NCBI GenBank assembly: GCA_964016885.1
Contig: OZ024766.1
Coordinates: forward strand, 2,666,001-2,730,000
Source: Eledone cirrhosa
Taxonomy: Eukaryota
DNA: 64,000 bases
Direction of reading: 5' to 3'
The notes under the pieces are model-generated. The model ran no database searches, was not told the DNA's origin, and saw only the letters and a list, made by a program, of their open reading frames with translations. The position numbers and the translations under genes are program-made. Positions within the stretch are counted from its first letter, which is position 1; each line of letters opens with the position of its first letter. This document shows, one piece after another, positions 1-13,075 of this stretch.

Positions 1-602
1 CTGAAACTTTTTTGCACCCATTTTTGCGATTAAGTAAAGACGGAGTTATCGTTCTTGAGATTTCGGCTGAGAGAAATTTGGGGAACTGATGTCGCTAAAT
101 AGTCAAAGTATTTACCTCTACTGTTGCATCATGGGAGGGTAATGGCTGAATTTTTTTATTTTAACGACGGCAATTTTTAAAATTTCTTTCCCGCCATCTT
201 GTTCTTTGTTTGATATTAATGAATAAATATCAAATAATTAACTAATTTATTGCACACCTCTCTTTAATCTGAACATCAAGTTACCATGGGAGCGAGAGGG
301 CAAGGGTTACGTCGAACCCCTAAACCGGTGTCAATTTTACACTATTATTCTCAAAACAATGTCGGATATTGTGATTATTTTGAAGTTTTATTTATCTTCT
401 GTCTCTACACTTTCCGTATTTATAATTAAATAAATAAATTTAAGGTTTTTAATACTTTAAATATATAAAATTTACAGCAAGTTTTCTGGTAGCTTCGTTG
501 GTAGGAGTAATGGGTATTTATTGTTTCGTAACGAGGTGAGAGGTTCAATATCGAACTGCAGTAGTAGGAATAATTTACAATGTGTTTATTTTATATATAT
601 AG

Positions 603-679
<77 letters not shown>

Positions 680-1026
680 CATACATATATACATGCATAC
701 ATACATATATATATATGTATTCGATATATATTTATCTTTATCGTTATCGAGACCTCTTTGGATTTTAGTCTTCACATTTATTATTACTATATGTATATAA
801 ATATATATATTCGTATATATATAAATATATATACATACATCTATATATATGGTGGCTGCCAACTCGTTTTCGAGTACGGCCACTACTTTATATCCATGTA
901 GGAGAACCCTTACCGATGCGCTGAACGAGTGTGACTTTTCAGTCTAGCCAGCGACTTGAAAACTCTGGTACAAACAGTACACTTGTGACATTTATTGACA
1001 CATAGTGCTGGGCCCATGGTACCATG
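1..1026 (+). repeat. Composite repeat, copy 1 (5'-truncated by the window edge): DNA-transposon-like body, (TA)n and part of an RTE-derived element
   Basis: Near-identical by eye to 3694-4716, e.g. CTGAAACTTTTTTGCACCCATTTTTGCG, GAGGGCAAGGGTTACGTCGAACCCCTAAACCGG and GGGCCCATGGTACCATG. Confidence 0.85.
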
Positions 1027-1260
1027 CTTTATTTTTATTTTTATTTTTAATTTCATTCGCACCGTTTCCTTTCGCTATATGTCTCTCCGCCACTCCCCTA
1101 CACACCCTTTGAACTCTGTTCCCAATACACTTCTCACCTGAGGAAGGGCTTATGCCCGAAACGTCGTTCCCCACCACCACCCCACTCTCCAGAGCGTGAA
1201 ATTAATAAACATTCGTTGTACTGCCTCTCTGTTTTGTTCCTGTTCAAATTTTTCCATTGT
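1027..1260 (+). mobile_element. Penelope-like retroelement terminal fragment
   Basis: Contains a minimal hammerhead core followed by AATAAA and a T-rich end, the usual layout of Penelope pseudo-LTRs. Confidence 0.55.
1133..1168 (+). ncRNA. Minimal type I hammerhead ribozyme motif (Penelope-associated)
   Basis: CTGAGGA (1138-1144), A, stem II GGGC-TTAT-GCCC, GAAA (1158-1161), then CGTC with palindromic ACGT and a GTC cleavage triplet. Stem I is weak. Confidence 0.55.
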
Positions 1261-1443
1261 ATGTATATATATTTATATATATACGAATATATATATATTT
1301 ATATACATATAGTAATAATAAATGTGAAGACTAAAATCCAAAGAGGTCTCGATAACGATAAAGATAAATATATATCGAATACATATATATATATGTATGT
1401 ATGCATGTATATATGTATGTATATATATGTATATATATATCGA

Positions 1444-1523
<80 letters not shown>

Positions 1524-2340
1524 CTATATATATAAAATAAACACATTGTAAATTATTCCTACTACGGCAGTTCGATATTGAACCTCTCACCTGGTTACGA
1601 AACAATAAACACCCATTACTCCTACCAACGAAGCTACCAGAAAACTTGTAATTTTATATATTTAAAGTATTAAAAACCTTAAATTTATTTATTTAATTAT
1701 ACGGAAAGTGTAGAGATAGAAGATACATAAAACTTCAAAATAATCATAATATCCGACATTGTTTTGAGAATAATAGTGTAAAAAATTGACACCGGTTTAG
1801 GGGTTCGACGTAACCCTTGCCCTCTCGCTCCCATGGTAACTTGATGTTCAGATTAAAGAGAGGTGTGCAATAAATTAGTTAATTATTTGATATTTATTCA
1901 TTAATATCAAACAAAGAACAAGATGGCGGGAAAGAAATTTTAAAAATTGCCGTTGTTAAAATAAAAAAATTCAGCCATTACCCTCCCATGATGCAACAGT
2001 AGAGGTAAATACTTTGACGATTTAGCGACATCAGTTCCCCAAATTTCTCTCAGCCGAAATCTCAAGAACGATAACTCTGTCTTTACTTAATCGCAAAAAT
2101 GGGTGCAAAAAAGTTTCAGCTGACTTTTTTATGTTTGATGATTGAATCACGTTAAGCGTGAAAGCAGCGGTTCTTAACTTAAATTTTAACCTGTTCTTAT
2201 AATATATATATAATAATATATATATATATAATTATTTAACACAAACTACTTAACATATATATATATAAATATAGAGAGAGTGTGGCACTCCGTGGGTTAC
2301 GACGAAGGGAATTCGTGTTTTTATTACTAATGATTAAATA
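1261..2340 (-). repeat. Composite repeat, copy 2 (inverted)
   Basis: Reverse complement of about 3461-4530; ORFs 1273..1605(-) and 521..901(+) translate almost identically. Confidence 0.85.
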
Positions 2341-2344
2341 TTTA

Positions 2345-3396
<1,052 letters not shown>

Positions 3397-3419
3397 TATG
3401 TATGTATATATATATATAT

Positions 3420-3450
<31 letters not shown>

Positions 3451-3460
3451 CATACATACA

Positions 3461-4306
3461 TATTCAATCATTAGTAATAAAAACACGAATTCCCTTCGTC
3501 GTAACCGACGGAGTGCCACGCTCTCTCTGTATTTATATATATATATATGTTAAGTAATTTATGTTAAATATATATATATATATATACAGACATATATTAT
3601 TATATATATATTATAAGAACAGGTTAAAATTTAAGGTAAGAATCGCTGCTTTCACGCTTAACGTGATTCAATCATCAAACATAAAAAAGTCAGCTGAAAC
3701 TTTTTTGCACCCATTTTTGCGATTAAGTAAAGACAGAGTTATCGTTCTTGAGATTTCGGCTGAGAGAAATTTGGGGAACTGATGTCGCTAAATCGTCAAA
3801 GTATTTACCTCTACTGTTGCATCATGGGAGGGTAATGGCTGAATTTTTTTTTTTAACGATGGCATTTTTTTAAATTTCTTTCCTCCCATCTTGTTCCTTG
3901 TTTGGTATTGATGAATAAATATCAAATATTTATTTTATTGCACACCTCTCTTTAATCTGATCATCAAGTTACCATGGGAGCGAGAGGGCAAGGGTTACGT
4001 CGAACCCCTAAACCGGTGTCAATTTTTTACACTATTATTCTCAAAACAATGTCGGATATTATGATTATTTGGAAGTTTTATTTATCTTCTATCTCTACAC
4101 TTTCCGTATTTATAATTAAATAAATAAATTTAAGGTTTTTAATACTTTAAATATATAAAATTACAAGTTTTCTGGTAGCTTCGTTGGTAGGAGTAATGGG
4201 TATTTATTGTTTCGTAACGAGGTGTGAGGTTCGATATCGAACTGCCGTAGTAGGAATAATTTACAATGTGTTTATTTTATATATATAGATGTGTATATAT
4301 ATATAT

Positions 4307-4337
<31 letters not shown>

Positions 4338-5000
4338 CATACATATATATATATATACATACGTACATACCTATATACATACATACATACATACATATAT
4401 ATATATATGTATTCGATATATATTTATCTTTATCGTTATCGAGACCTCTTTGGATTTTAGTCTTCACATTTATTATTACTATATGTATATAAATATATAT
4501 ATTCGTATATATATAAATATATATACATACATCTATATATATGGTGGCTGCCAACTCGTTTTCGAGTACGGCCACTACTTTATATCCATATAGGAGAACC
4601 CCTAGCGATGCGCTGAACGAGTGTGACTTTTCAGTCCAGCCAGCGACTTGAAAACTCTGGTACAAACACTACACTTGTGACATTTATTGACACATAGTGC
4701 TGGGCCCATGGTACCATGTGACGACAAGTGCAGAGAGATCTCCAGATATAAAGCAATACCTGTGCCGTGAAGCTTTTATAGTGAGCAAAGGCACTGCACA
4801 AAGCCAGTCCCACTCTCTTAACCAAGATGATATTTACCAAAAAGAAGAACAAGTCAACATCATTGGATACCATCAGAGTTGCAGGTGTTATATCAGAGTT
4901 TTCCTTCTCCTTAAATTCTGCCTTGTCAAAGGCTAAGGGGTCATCTCTCCCGGTGATTTTGGATGGCCATTGACTCTTAAGAGCTACTTTGCCCTTTGAC
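3461..5000 (+). repeat. Composite repeat, copy 4 (most complete)
   Basis: Contains every segment seen in copies 1-3. Confidence 0.85.
4541..5000 (-). mobile_element. Non-autonomous bipartite RTE-derived retroelement (RTE 5' region fused to RTE 3' end)
   Basis: The minus strand carries AGGAGAAGGAAAACTCTGA (RTE-type 5' motif) and ends in a C2H2-like terminus (the copy near 3059-3141 reads [23 protein letters not shown]), a short hairpin and a (TA)n tail. Other copies at 850-1026, 2998-3396, 16827-17210(+) and a diverged 5' part at 18190-18440. Confidence 0.6.
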
Positions 5001-5215
5001 ATATATACATACATATATATAAGTATATATAAGTAAGAATGTTTTCGAAACAGCGAGCGAGTTTGAAATTAGAAATGTAAGCTATCGCCATATTTTTGAC
5101 AAAAGAAATTATTTAGCCTGATATATATACATAGGAAAAAGTATGACCCCGACGGCAGAGATCAAGCTGTTTCGATATATATATATACACAAAAATATAT
5201 ATTCCTATATTCCAG

Positions 5216-5322
5216 GAGTGGGAAGATGAGAAGTTATCCTGGGACCCGGAAGAATATGGATTAAACAACACAAGGATCCCGTGTCAGATGATCTGGTTGC
5301 CAGATGTTCTCTTGTATAACAG
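5216..5322 (+). CDS. nAChR alpha subunit, internal coding exon (loop A)
   Basis: TTCCAG|GAG...AAC AG|GTACGT; encodes EWEDEKLSWDPEEYGLNNTRIPCQMIWLPDVLLYN. Its phase-2 end matches the phase-2 start of exon 8852. Confidence 0.95.
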
Positions 5323-5344
5323 GTACGTCTGTCTGTCTGTCTGT

Positions 5345-6032
5345 ATCCCTGTCTGCGGGCGACCGGGTAGGGACCCCTCGAAAAAGATCTGTCGCAGATG
5401 CGTGCGCGACGAGGAAACCGTCGCGCACGCATTGGTGCACTGCCCGGGCGTTACCGATCTGTGGGGCTATGTCGAACAACTGCTATGACGGATGGGACCA
5501 ATTAGGTTGACCAAAGAGTCCATTGTAACGATCAAGCCGCCTCCTCCCTTCAAAAATGAAGTAGAGGCGGTCTTCCTCTGTGTAATAGCCATGGTAAAAG
5601 AGGTTATATGGTGGACGCGTCTAAAAGGGCTGAGGTCGGACACCTTTCTTTCCGGCCAACAACTGGTCCTTTTCTTCCGATACCATTTCGGAAGAAGGAT
5701 CAGGATGGAGAGAGAGGTGCTCCACTCCAGCCAGTTTTATGAAAGGTGGGTGAAAGTTGCAAGAATGGCCCGTGTGAATGGGCCTTCTCTCTACCTCAGC
5801 CTGTAAGTGGATAAAGGATGAAGGGAGCACCCTCACTTTGTGCTCCCGTTGAGAAGGTTCGCACATTTTTTTTCGGGTGTGTGTGTGACCCCAAGACGAT
5901 CTCTCCCTATTGAGGACCTTCTTGTTACAATTTTATTTATTACATTTTTCTTACTCGATTTATATGTACCCCCCCCCCCCCCATGTACATGTCCCTTTCT
6001 TTTGTCCCCTCGTGGCAAATAAACAGAAATTT
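5345..6032 (+). mobile_element. 5'-truncated L1/Tx1-clade LINE (ORF2 C-terminus and 3' UTR)
   Basis: CRRCVRDEETVAHALVHC zinc knuckle; same frame continues past a stop at 5486-5488 to 5806; AATAAA near 6018; (GTCT)n on both sides. Confidence 0.8.
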
Positions 6033-6052
6033 GTCTGTCTGTCTGTCTGTCT

Positions 6053-7332
6053 GTGGTAGTAGTAGTGATAGCAGTAACAGTAATAGTGGTAGTGGTGGTA
6101 ACAGTAGTAGTGGTAGTAGTAGTGGTGGTGGTGTTAACAGTAGTAGTGGTAGTAGTAATAGTGGTGGTAGCAGTTATAATAGTAGCAGTTATAGTAGTAG
6201 TAGTAGCAGTAGTAGTAGTAGCAGCAGCAACAACAATAGTAGTAGTAGTAGTAGTAGTACCAGCAGTAGACGAGAGAGAAGCGAGTGGTAAACACCCTGG
6301 AGGAGAATCAGAGATTTGACTGTGATAAGATAAAGAAAATTGATAAATTGAATTTTATTTTTTAAAAATTATTGATTTTGACATGTGATAGTGTTGGTGG
6401 TAGTAGTGGTGGTGTTGGTGTGGTAGTGGTGGTGGTAGTGGTAGTGGTGGTAGTGTAGTGGTAGTAGTAGTGGTGGTGGTAGTAGTGATAGTGGTGGTGG
6501 TAGTAGTGGTGGTGGTGGTGGTGTGGTAGTGGTGGTGGTGGTGGTAGTAGTGATAGTGTTGGTGGTAGTAGTGGTGGAGGTGTGGTAGTGGTGGTGGTAG
6601 TAGTGGTGGTGGTAGTAGTGATAGTGTTGGTGGTAGTAGTGGTGGTGGTAGTGTAGTGGTAGTAGTAGTGATAGTGTTGGTGGTGGTGGTACTGGTGGTG
6701 GTGGTGGTGGTGGTAGTAGTGATAGTGTTGGTGGTAGTAGTGGTGGTAGTAGTAGTGGTGGTGGTGTGGTAGTGGTGGTGCTAGTAGTGGTGGTGTGGTG
6801 GTGGTGGTGGTAGTGGTGGTAGTAGTGATAGTAGTGGTGGTGGTAGTAGTGGTGGTGGTGGTGTGGTAGTGGTGGTGGTGGTGGTAGTAGTGATAGTAGT
6901 GGTGGTGGTAGTAGTGGTGGTGGTGGTGTGGTAGTGGTGGTGGTGGTGGTAGTAGTGGTGGTGGTGGTGGTAGTAGTGGTGGTAGTAGTAGTGGTGGTAG
7001 TGGTGGTGTGGTGGTGTAGTGGTGGTGCTAGTAGTGGTGGTGTGGTGGTGGTGGTGGTAGTGGTGGTAGTAGTGATAGTGGTGGTGGTGGTAGTGGTGGT
7101 AGTGGTGGTAGTGTAGTGGTAGTAGTGGTGGTGGTGGTAGTGGTGGTAGTGTAGTGGTAGTAGTAGTGATAGTGTTGGTAGTAGTAGTGGTGGTGGTGTA
7201 GTGATGGTTGTGGTAGTAGTGGTGGTAGTGGTGGTAGTGGTAGTAGTGTTGGTAGTAGTAGTGGTGGTGGTGTAGTGGTGGTAGTGGTAGTAGTGGTAGT
7301 AGTAGTGGTAGTAGTAGTGGTGGTGGTGGTTG
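6053..7332. repeat. (GTA/GTG)n microsatellite blocks
   Basis: Direct reading, with a short unique interruption at about 6270-6385. Confidence 0.95.
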
Positions 7333-7364
7333 TTAAATTAATCAATTAATGTCAAACTGATAAC

Positions 7365-7500
7365 AGCAATAATAATAATTGTTTCTACTTTAGGCACAAG
7401 GCCAGCAATTACCCCAGTGTATTACTGGTACTTTATTTTATCGACCACGTAAAGATGAAAGGCAAAGTTAACCTCGGCGGGTTTTTAACCCAGAACGTAA
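7365..7500 (-). mobile_element. tRNA-SINE 3' part (family of 16111-16298)
   Basis: Reverse complement of CCGCCGAGGTTAACTTTGCCTTTCATC...GTCGATAAAATAAAGTACCAG. Confidence 0.75.
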
Positions 7501-7507
7501 AGGGACA

Positions 7508-7678
7508 TAACTCTATGCTGCAAATGTGTTAATAATAATACGTAATGGGCCGTAACTCTATGCTGCAAATGTGTTAATAATAATACGTAATGGGCCGTAA
7601 CTCTATGCTGCAAATGTGGTAATAATAATACGTAATGGGCCGTAACTCTATGCTGCAATTGTGTTAATAATAATAATA
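7508..7678 (+). repeat. 45-bp minisatellite, about 4 copies
   Basis: Unit TAACTCTATGCTGCAAATGTGTTAATAATAATACGTAATGGGCCG. Confidence 0.9.
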
Positions 7679-7750
7679 GAGGGAGGAGAAAGTCAATTTA
7701 ATGGACCCCACTGTATTACTGGTACTTTCTTTTGCTAGACTAATAACAAT

Positions 7751-8024
7751 TGTGTGTGTGTTTATGTGTGTGTGTGTATCTGTGTGTATGTTTGTGTGTG
7801 TGTGTATGTGTGTATGTATCTGTGTGTGTGTGTGTGTCAGTGTGTGTGTGTCAATGTGTGTGTATCTGTGTGTGTGTTTGTGCGTGTGTGTGTGTGTCAG
7901 TGTGTGTGTGTATGTATCTGTGTGTGTGTGTGTGTGTGTGTGTATGTATCTGTGTGTGTGTGTGTGTGTGTCAGTGTGTGTGTGTATGTGTGTATGTATC
8001 TCTGTGTGTATGTGTGTATGTATC

Positions 8025-8055
<31 letters not shown>

Positions 8056-8100
8056 CTCTCTGTGTCTGTGTGTCAGTGTGTGTGTGTGTGTGTCTGTGTG
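7751..8100. repeat. (TG)n microsatellite
   Basis: Direct reading. Confidence 0.95.
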
Positions 8101-8312
8101 TTTATGAATAAATATTTTGAAAGTCTTCAGCTATGAATTTGGCAACTGATGTTGTAGTGCCATCTAGTGTGTTCCAGCAGAAGCAAGGGCGGGTAACTCT
8201 CGATGAAGACGACATTTCTCACTCGTGTTGGCATCAAGTCAGTGTTCCTGTACCCTCACTAAAACAGGGATGGTTTATATTCTGTGCTGTTGTTGTGGGC
8301 ATGAGGTAGGGC

Positions 8313-8780
8313 AAATATGGTGGGTGGGGCAAAACCCTAGCTCCAAAAAAATATGGTGGGTGGGGCAAAACCCTAGCTCCAAAAAAATATGGTGGGTGGG
8401 ACAAAAACCTAGCTCCAAAAAATATGGTGGGTGGGGCAAAAGCCTAGCTCCAAAAAATATGGTGGGTGGGGCAAAACCCTAGCTCCAAAATATATGGTGG
8501 GTGGGGCAAACCCTAGCTCCAAAAAATATGATGGGTGGGACAAAACCCTAGCTCAAAAAAATATGGTGGGTGGGGCAAAACCCTAGCTCCAAAATATATG
8601 GTGGGTGGGACAAAAGCCTAGCTCAAAAATATATGGTGGGTGGGGAAAACCCTAGCTCCAAAATATATGGTGGGTGGGACAACACCCTAGCTCCAAAAAA
8701 TATGGTAGGTGGGGCAAAACCCTAGCTCCAAAAAATATGGCAGGTGGGGCAAAACCTCCCACCCTAGCTCCAAAAAATAT
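8313..8780 (+). repeat. ~36-bp G-rich minisatellite, about 13 copies
   Basis: Unit AAAAAATATGGTGGGTGGGGCAAAACCCTAGCTCC; ends about 70 bp before the nAChR acceptor. Confidence 0.92.
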
Positions 8781-8851
8781 TAAACTTTTTTTTTATTTTC
8801 TCTTCTTTTTTTCTTTTCATCTCTTTCTCTGCCTGACTCCACCCCTTCCAG

Positions 8852-9387
8852 TGCCGATGACTACACCTCTGGGTACATGCCTAGCCTTGCCATGGTCTAC
8901 AGTACGGGCCGTGTGTTTTGGGGCCCCGTGGTACGTTTCCGCAGTTCGTGTCGTATCGACATCACATACTTCCCTTTCGACGACCAGGTTTGTCGCCTGA
9001 AGCTCGGCTCGTGGGCCTACAACGGCCTGCAGGTGGATGTGATTAACCGGTCGAGCAGCATCGATCTGACCAACTTTGTCGACAACGGCGAATGGGAGCT
9101 GGTCAGCGTGAAGGTCCGACGGAACGTGGTCTACTACGCCTGCTGCGCGGAGCCCTTCCCCGATGTCACCTTCTACGTGCACCTCCGCCGACGGATCAAG
9201 TACTATATGATGAATCTGATCATCCCTTGCATCATTCTCTCCATCCTGTGTCTGGCCGGGTTCCTACTGCCACCCGAGAGCGGAGAGAAGGTCACGCTTG
9301 GATTGTCTGTTCTTCTCACCCTCACTGTTTTCATGCTGATGGTGGCCGACAAGATGCCACAAACCTCCGAGTCAATCTCCATCATTG
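8852..9387 (+). CDS. nAChR alpha subunit (alpha9/10-like), exon covering the Cys-loop, loops B and C, M1 and M2
   Basis: TTCCAG|T GCC GAT...ATT G|GTAAGT. Cys-loop CRIDITYFPFDDQVC, loop B SWAY, loop C YYACCAEPFPD with vicinal cysteines, cation-type PPESGEKVTLG. Confidence 0.97.
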
Positions 9388-9468
9388 GTAAGTAAGACCT
9401 TCTCGTTCTCTACTGCAATAGAAATATATCTTTTATTAGTCCTACCTGTCAATTAACCATCAATATAT

Positions 9469-9795
9469 GGAGGCACGTGGCTTAGTGGTTAGAGCATTGG
9501 CCTTGCAATCGAAAGGTTGTGAGTTCAATTCTCAGACCGGGTGATGTGTTGTTTCCTTGAGCAAGACACTTTATTTCACATTGCTCCAGTTTACTCAGCT
9601 GTAGAAATGAGATGATAGGGACTGGGGTCCCTATCATTCCACTGCAAAGTGGTTGTGGAGGTGCCACGGCAAAAAAGCACCCAGCACTCACTGTAAATAA
9701 GGTTGGTGTTAGGAAGCGCATCCAGCTGTAGAGATCAAGCCAGAATCAGTTCCCGTCCCACCCTTGCAAGCAGGGAAAAAGTGGACGTAAAAATG
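9469..9795 (+). mobile_element. tRNA-derived SINE, family A
   Basis: A box TGGCTTAGTGG and B box GAGTTCAATTC; near-identical to 20192-20524. Confidence 0.85.
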
Positions 9796-9830
9796 AAAAT
9801 GAATATACTCTGTCTCTATCTCTCTATATA

Positions 9831-10450
9831 TCATCATCATCATCATCATCATCATCGTTTAACGTCCATCTTCCACGCTAGCATGGGTTTGGACGGGAGT
9901 TTTCCTACTTGAGGCAAGATTGGTTGTCTTGCTCGCATAGGACTGTCTGGCGGGTTTTCTACGGCTGGATGCCCTTCCCAACACCAACCACATTTACAGT
10001 GTGGAACTGGGAGGTTTTTACAGTGTTACCTACACGGCCACATTACAGCGTGGACTGGGAGGTTTTTACCGTGTTACCTACACGGCCACATTACAGCGTG
10101 GACTGGGAGGTTTTTACCGTGTTACCTACACGGCCACATTACAGCGTGGACTGGGAGGTTTTTACCGTGTTACCTACACGGCCACATTACAGCGTGGACT
10201 GGGAGGTTTTTACCGTGTTACCTACACGGCCACATTACAGCGTGGACTGGGAGGTTTTTACCGTGTTACCTACACGGCCACATTACAGCGTGGACTGTGT
10301 GTTTTTTTGTCGTGACACCTACACGACCTCATTTGTTTCAGACTGGATGTTGTGGTACCAACATACTTCACATTGAAGGGGGTAGTGGGATGGGGGGGGT
10401 GTATTTTGTTAGAGGTGCCTACTGACTGTAGGTTTTGCTTTGTACTTAGG
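9831..10450 (-). mobile_element. SINE-like element, family B, (CAT)n tail, with an internal 48-bp array
   Basis: Matches 19731-19990, which holds only one 48-bp unit. Confidence 0.75.
9985..10330 (+). repeat. 48-bp minisatellite, about 7 copies
   Basis: Unit GGACTGGGAGGTTTTTACCGTGTTACCTACACGGCCACATTACAGCGT. Confidence 0.92.
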
Positions 10451-10489
10451 CAAGGCGGGTCTTCTGTATAACTTCTATATATATATATA

Positions 10490-10789
10490 TCATCATCATC
10501 ATCATCATCATTTTACGTCCACTTTTCCCTGCTTGCAAGGGTGGGACGGGAACTGATTATGGCTTGATTTCTACAGCTGGATGCCCTTCCTAACACCAAC
10601 CTCATTTACAGTGAGTGGTGGGTGCTTTTTTGTCGTGGCACCTCCACGACCATTTCTACAGCTGAGTAAACTGGAGCAATGTGAAATAAAGTGTCTTGCT
10701 CAAGGAAACAACACATCACCCGGTCTGAGAATTGAACTCACAACCTTTCGATTGCAAGGCCAATGCTCTAACCACTAAGCCATGTGCCT

Positions 10790-10792
<3 letters not shown>
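10490..10792 (-). mobile_element. tRNA-derived SINE, family A (inverted relative to 9469-9795)
   Basis: Reverse complement of 9469-9795 with a ~43-bp internal deletion; (CAT)n tail. Confidence 0.85.
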
Positions 10793-10854
<62 letters not shown>

Positions 10855-10984
10855 GGGTCCTTTTTACTTTCTCTCCCTCTTCTCACTTGACTAATTTTCT
10901 TCTGTTTTACTAATACATACATTTCTCTTTCTCTTTTCTTTGCCCCCTCCATCATCTTCACTCTCCCACCACGCCCCACCCTAC

Positions 10985-11405
10985 CGACACCACCACCACC
11001 ACACCACCACCACCACCACCACCACCACTACCACCACCACCACCACCACCACTACCACCACCACCACCACCACCACCACAACTACCACTACCACCACCAC
11101 CACCACCACCATAACCACCACACCACCACCATAACCACCACCACCACCACCATAACCACCACACCACCACCATAACCACCACACCACCACCACCACCACC
11201 ACCCCTACCACCACCACCACCACCACCCCTACCACCACCACCACCACAACTTCCACTACTACCACCACCACCACCACCACCACACCACCACAACCACCAC
11301 CATCACCACCACCATATTATCCCACCCACACCACCACCATATCCTCCACTCCCACCTGCACCACACTCTATCCCCCCCCCCCTCCTCACCACCACCACCA
11401 CCACT
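10985..11405. repeat. (ACC)n microsatellite
   Basis: Direct reading. Confidence 0.95.
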
Positions 11406-11459
11406 ATCTCTATTATACTGACACCTGCCCGCCCACCCACCCACCCACCCCCATTGCAG

Positions 11460-12220
11460 GTATCTACCTCCTCGTTGTGCTGTCCACCAGCTGTCTGTCA
11501 GTGATTTCGGCCGTGTTTGTGTTGGGCATTCACCACCAGAGGGGGCGACCCCAGCGTGTCCCTTGCTGGCTGCGCAAGCTGGTCTGCAACATCCTGGCAC
11601 CTGCCCTCTGTGTCAAGCTGGGCAGTAGCAGCGACGACAGCAGCAACAACAACAACAACCCCAACCAGAGACCAGGGAGCGGTGCTGCGACCACTGGGAG
11701 CTCTACTGCCCTACAGTTGCGCAGATCGGACCACAGGGAGTACAAGAAGCTTATCCGCAAACGTAGGATCGCCTCAGAAGAGATGGACATAATTCGATTA
11801 GACAGAAGCAGGAAATCCAACGAACCTTTGCTGTTGTGTTCTTCGTCTTCATCCTCACCGCCACAGCTGTTGTCACAGCAGCCCTCCATCAACAGCCCCG
11901 GCCTCAATCCAAGCCCTCACCCTCACGCCGGTCACCCTCACCCCAGTTCCGGCCACGGTCAACTGGCCGGCGTTCCGGATGACCTCGTCAGCTGCTGCTT
12001 TGAGCGGAAGTCGAACCACGACCGACTCGGCGAGCTGCGGGAACTGATCCTGTTGCTGCAGAGGAAGCACTCGGAGGAGGTTGTCGAGGGCGACATCTAT
12101 CGGGAGTGGCGCGACGTGGCCTTTGTGCTCGACCGACTCATGTTTATACTCTATCTGCTCATTACGTCACTCTCCACGTTTTTCCTGCTCACCATGAGGC
12201 CCCCTAATGTTTCCTTATAA
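11460..12220 (+). CDS. nAChR alpha subunit, last coding exon (M3, intracellular loop, M4)
   Basis: TTGCAG|GT ATC TAC gives GIYLLVVLSTSCLSVISAVFVLGIHH...EWRDVAFVLDRLMF...TAA. The three exons sum to 1404 nt, in frame. Confidence 0.96.
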
Positions 12221-12334
12221 AGGGCAGAGCACAGCACACACCTAACTGCGCTTGGCCCTCTAATGTCCATCTATGAGCAACGAGGCCCCTAGGTGCGCAC
12301 ATATACCTACAGACAGACACAAACGTGTGTGTCT

Positions 12335-12827
<493 letters not shown>

Positions 12828-12859
12828 ACGAAGGAAATGTGGTAAGGAACCAGGTGGAC

Positions 12860-13015
12860 CATAACGCACCAAAGTACTCAATACTTGAGGTAGTAGAGTG
12901 GGTAATAGGAACCAGTAAGACCCCGACAGCTGAGCTCAAGCCGTTTCGACGGCTAATTCAGTCCAGAATTAGCCGTCGAAACGGCTTGAGCTCAGCTGTC
13001 GGGGTCTTACTGGTT

Positions 13016-13020
<5 letters not shown>
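12860..13020. mobile_element. Fold-back (MITE-like) element with a near-perfect palindrome
   Basis: 55-bp arms at 12905-12959 and 12966-13020; relative at 20598-20767 and a half copy at 5131-5175. Confidence 0.8.

Positions 13021-13075
<55 letters not shown>

Noticed and set aside
9469-9545. tRNA gene
   Set aside because: The A/B boxes continue into a multi-copy body with a simple-repeat tail, so this is a SINE head.
8852-12220. Octopus chemotactile receptor
   Set aside because: It has introns, vicinal cysteines, loop A/B/C aromatics and a long intracellular loop, fitting a conventional alpha subunit.
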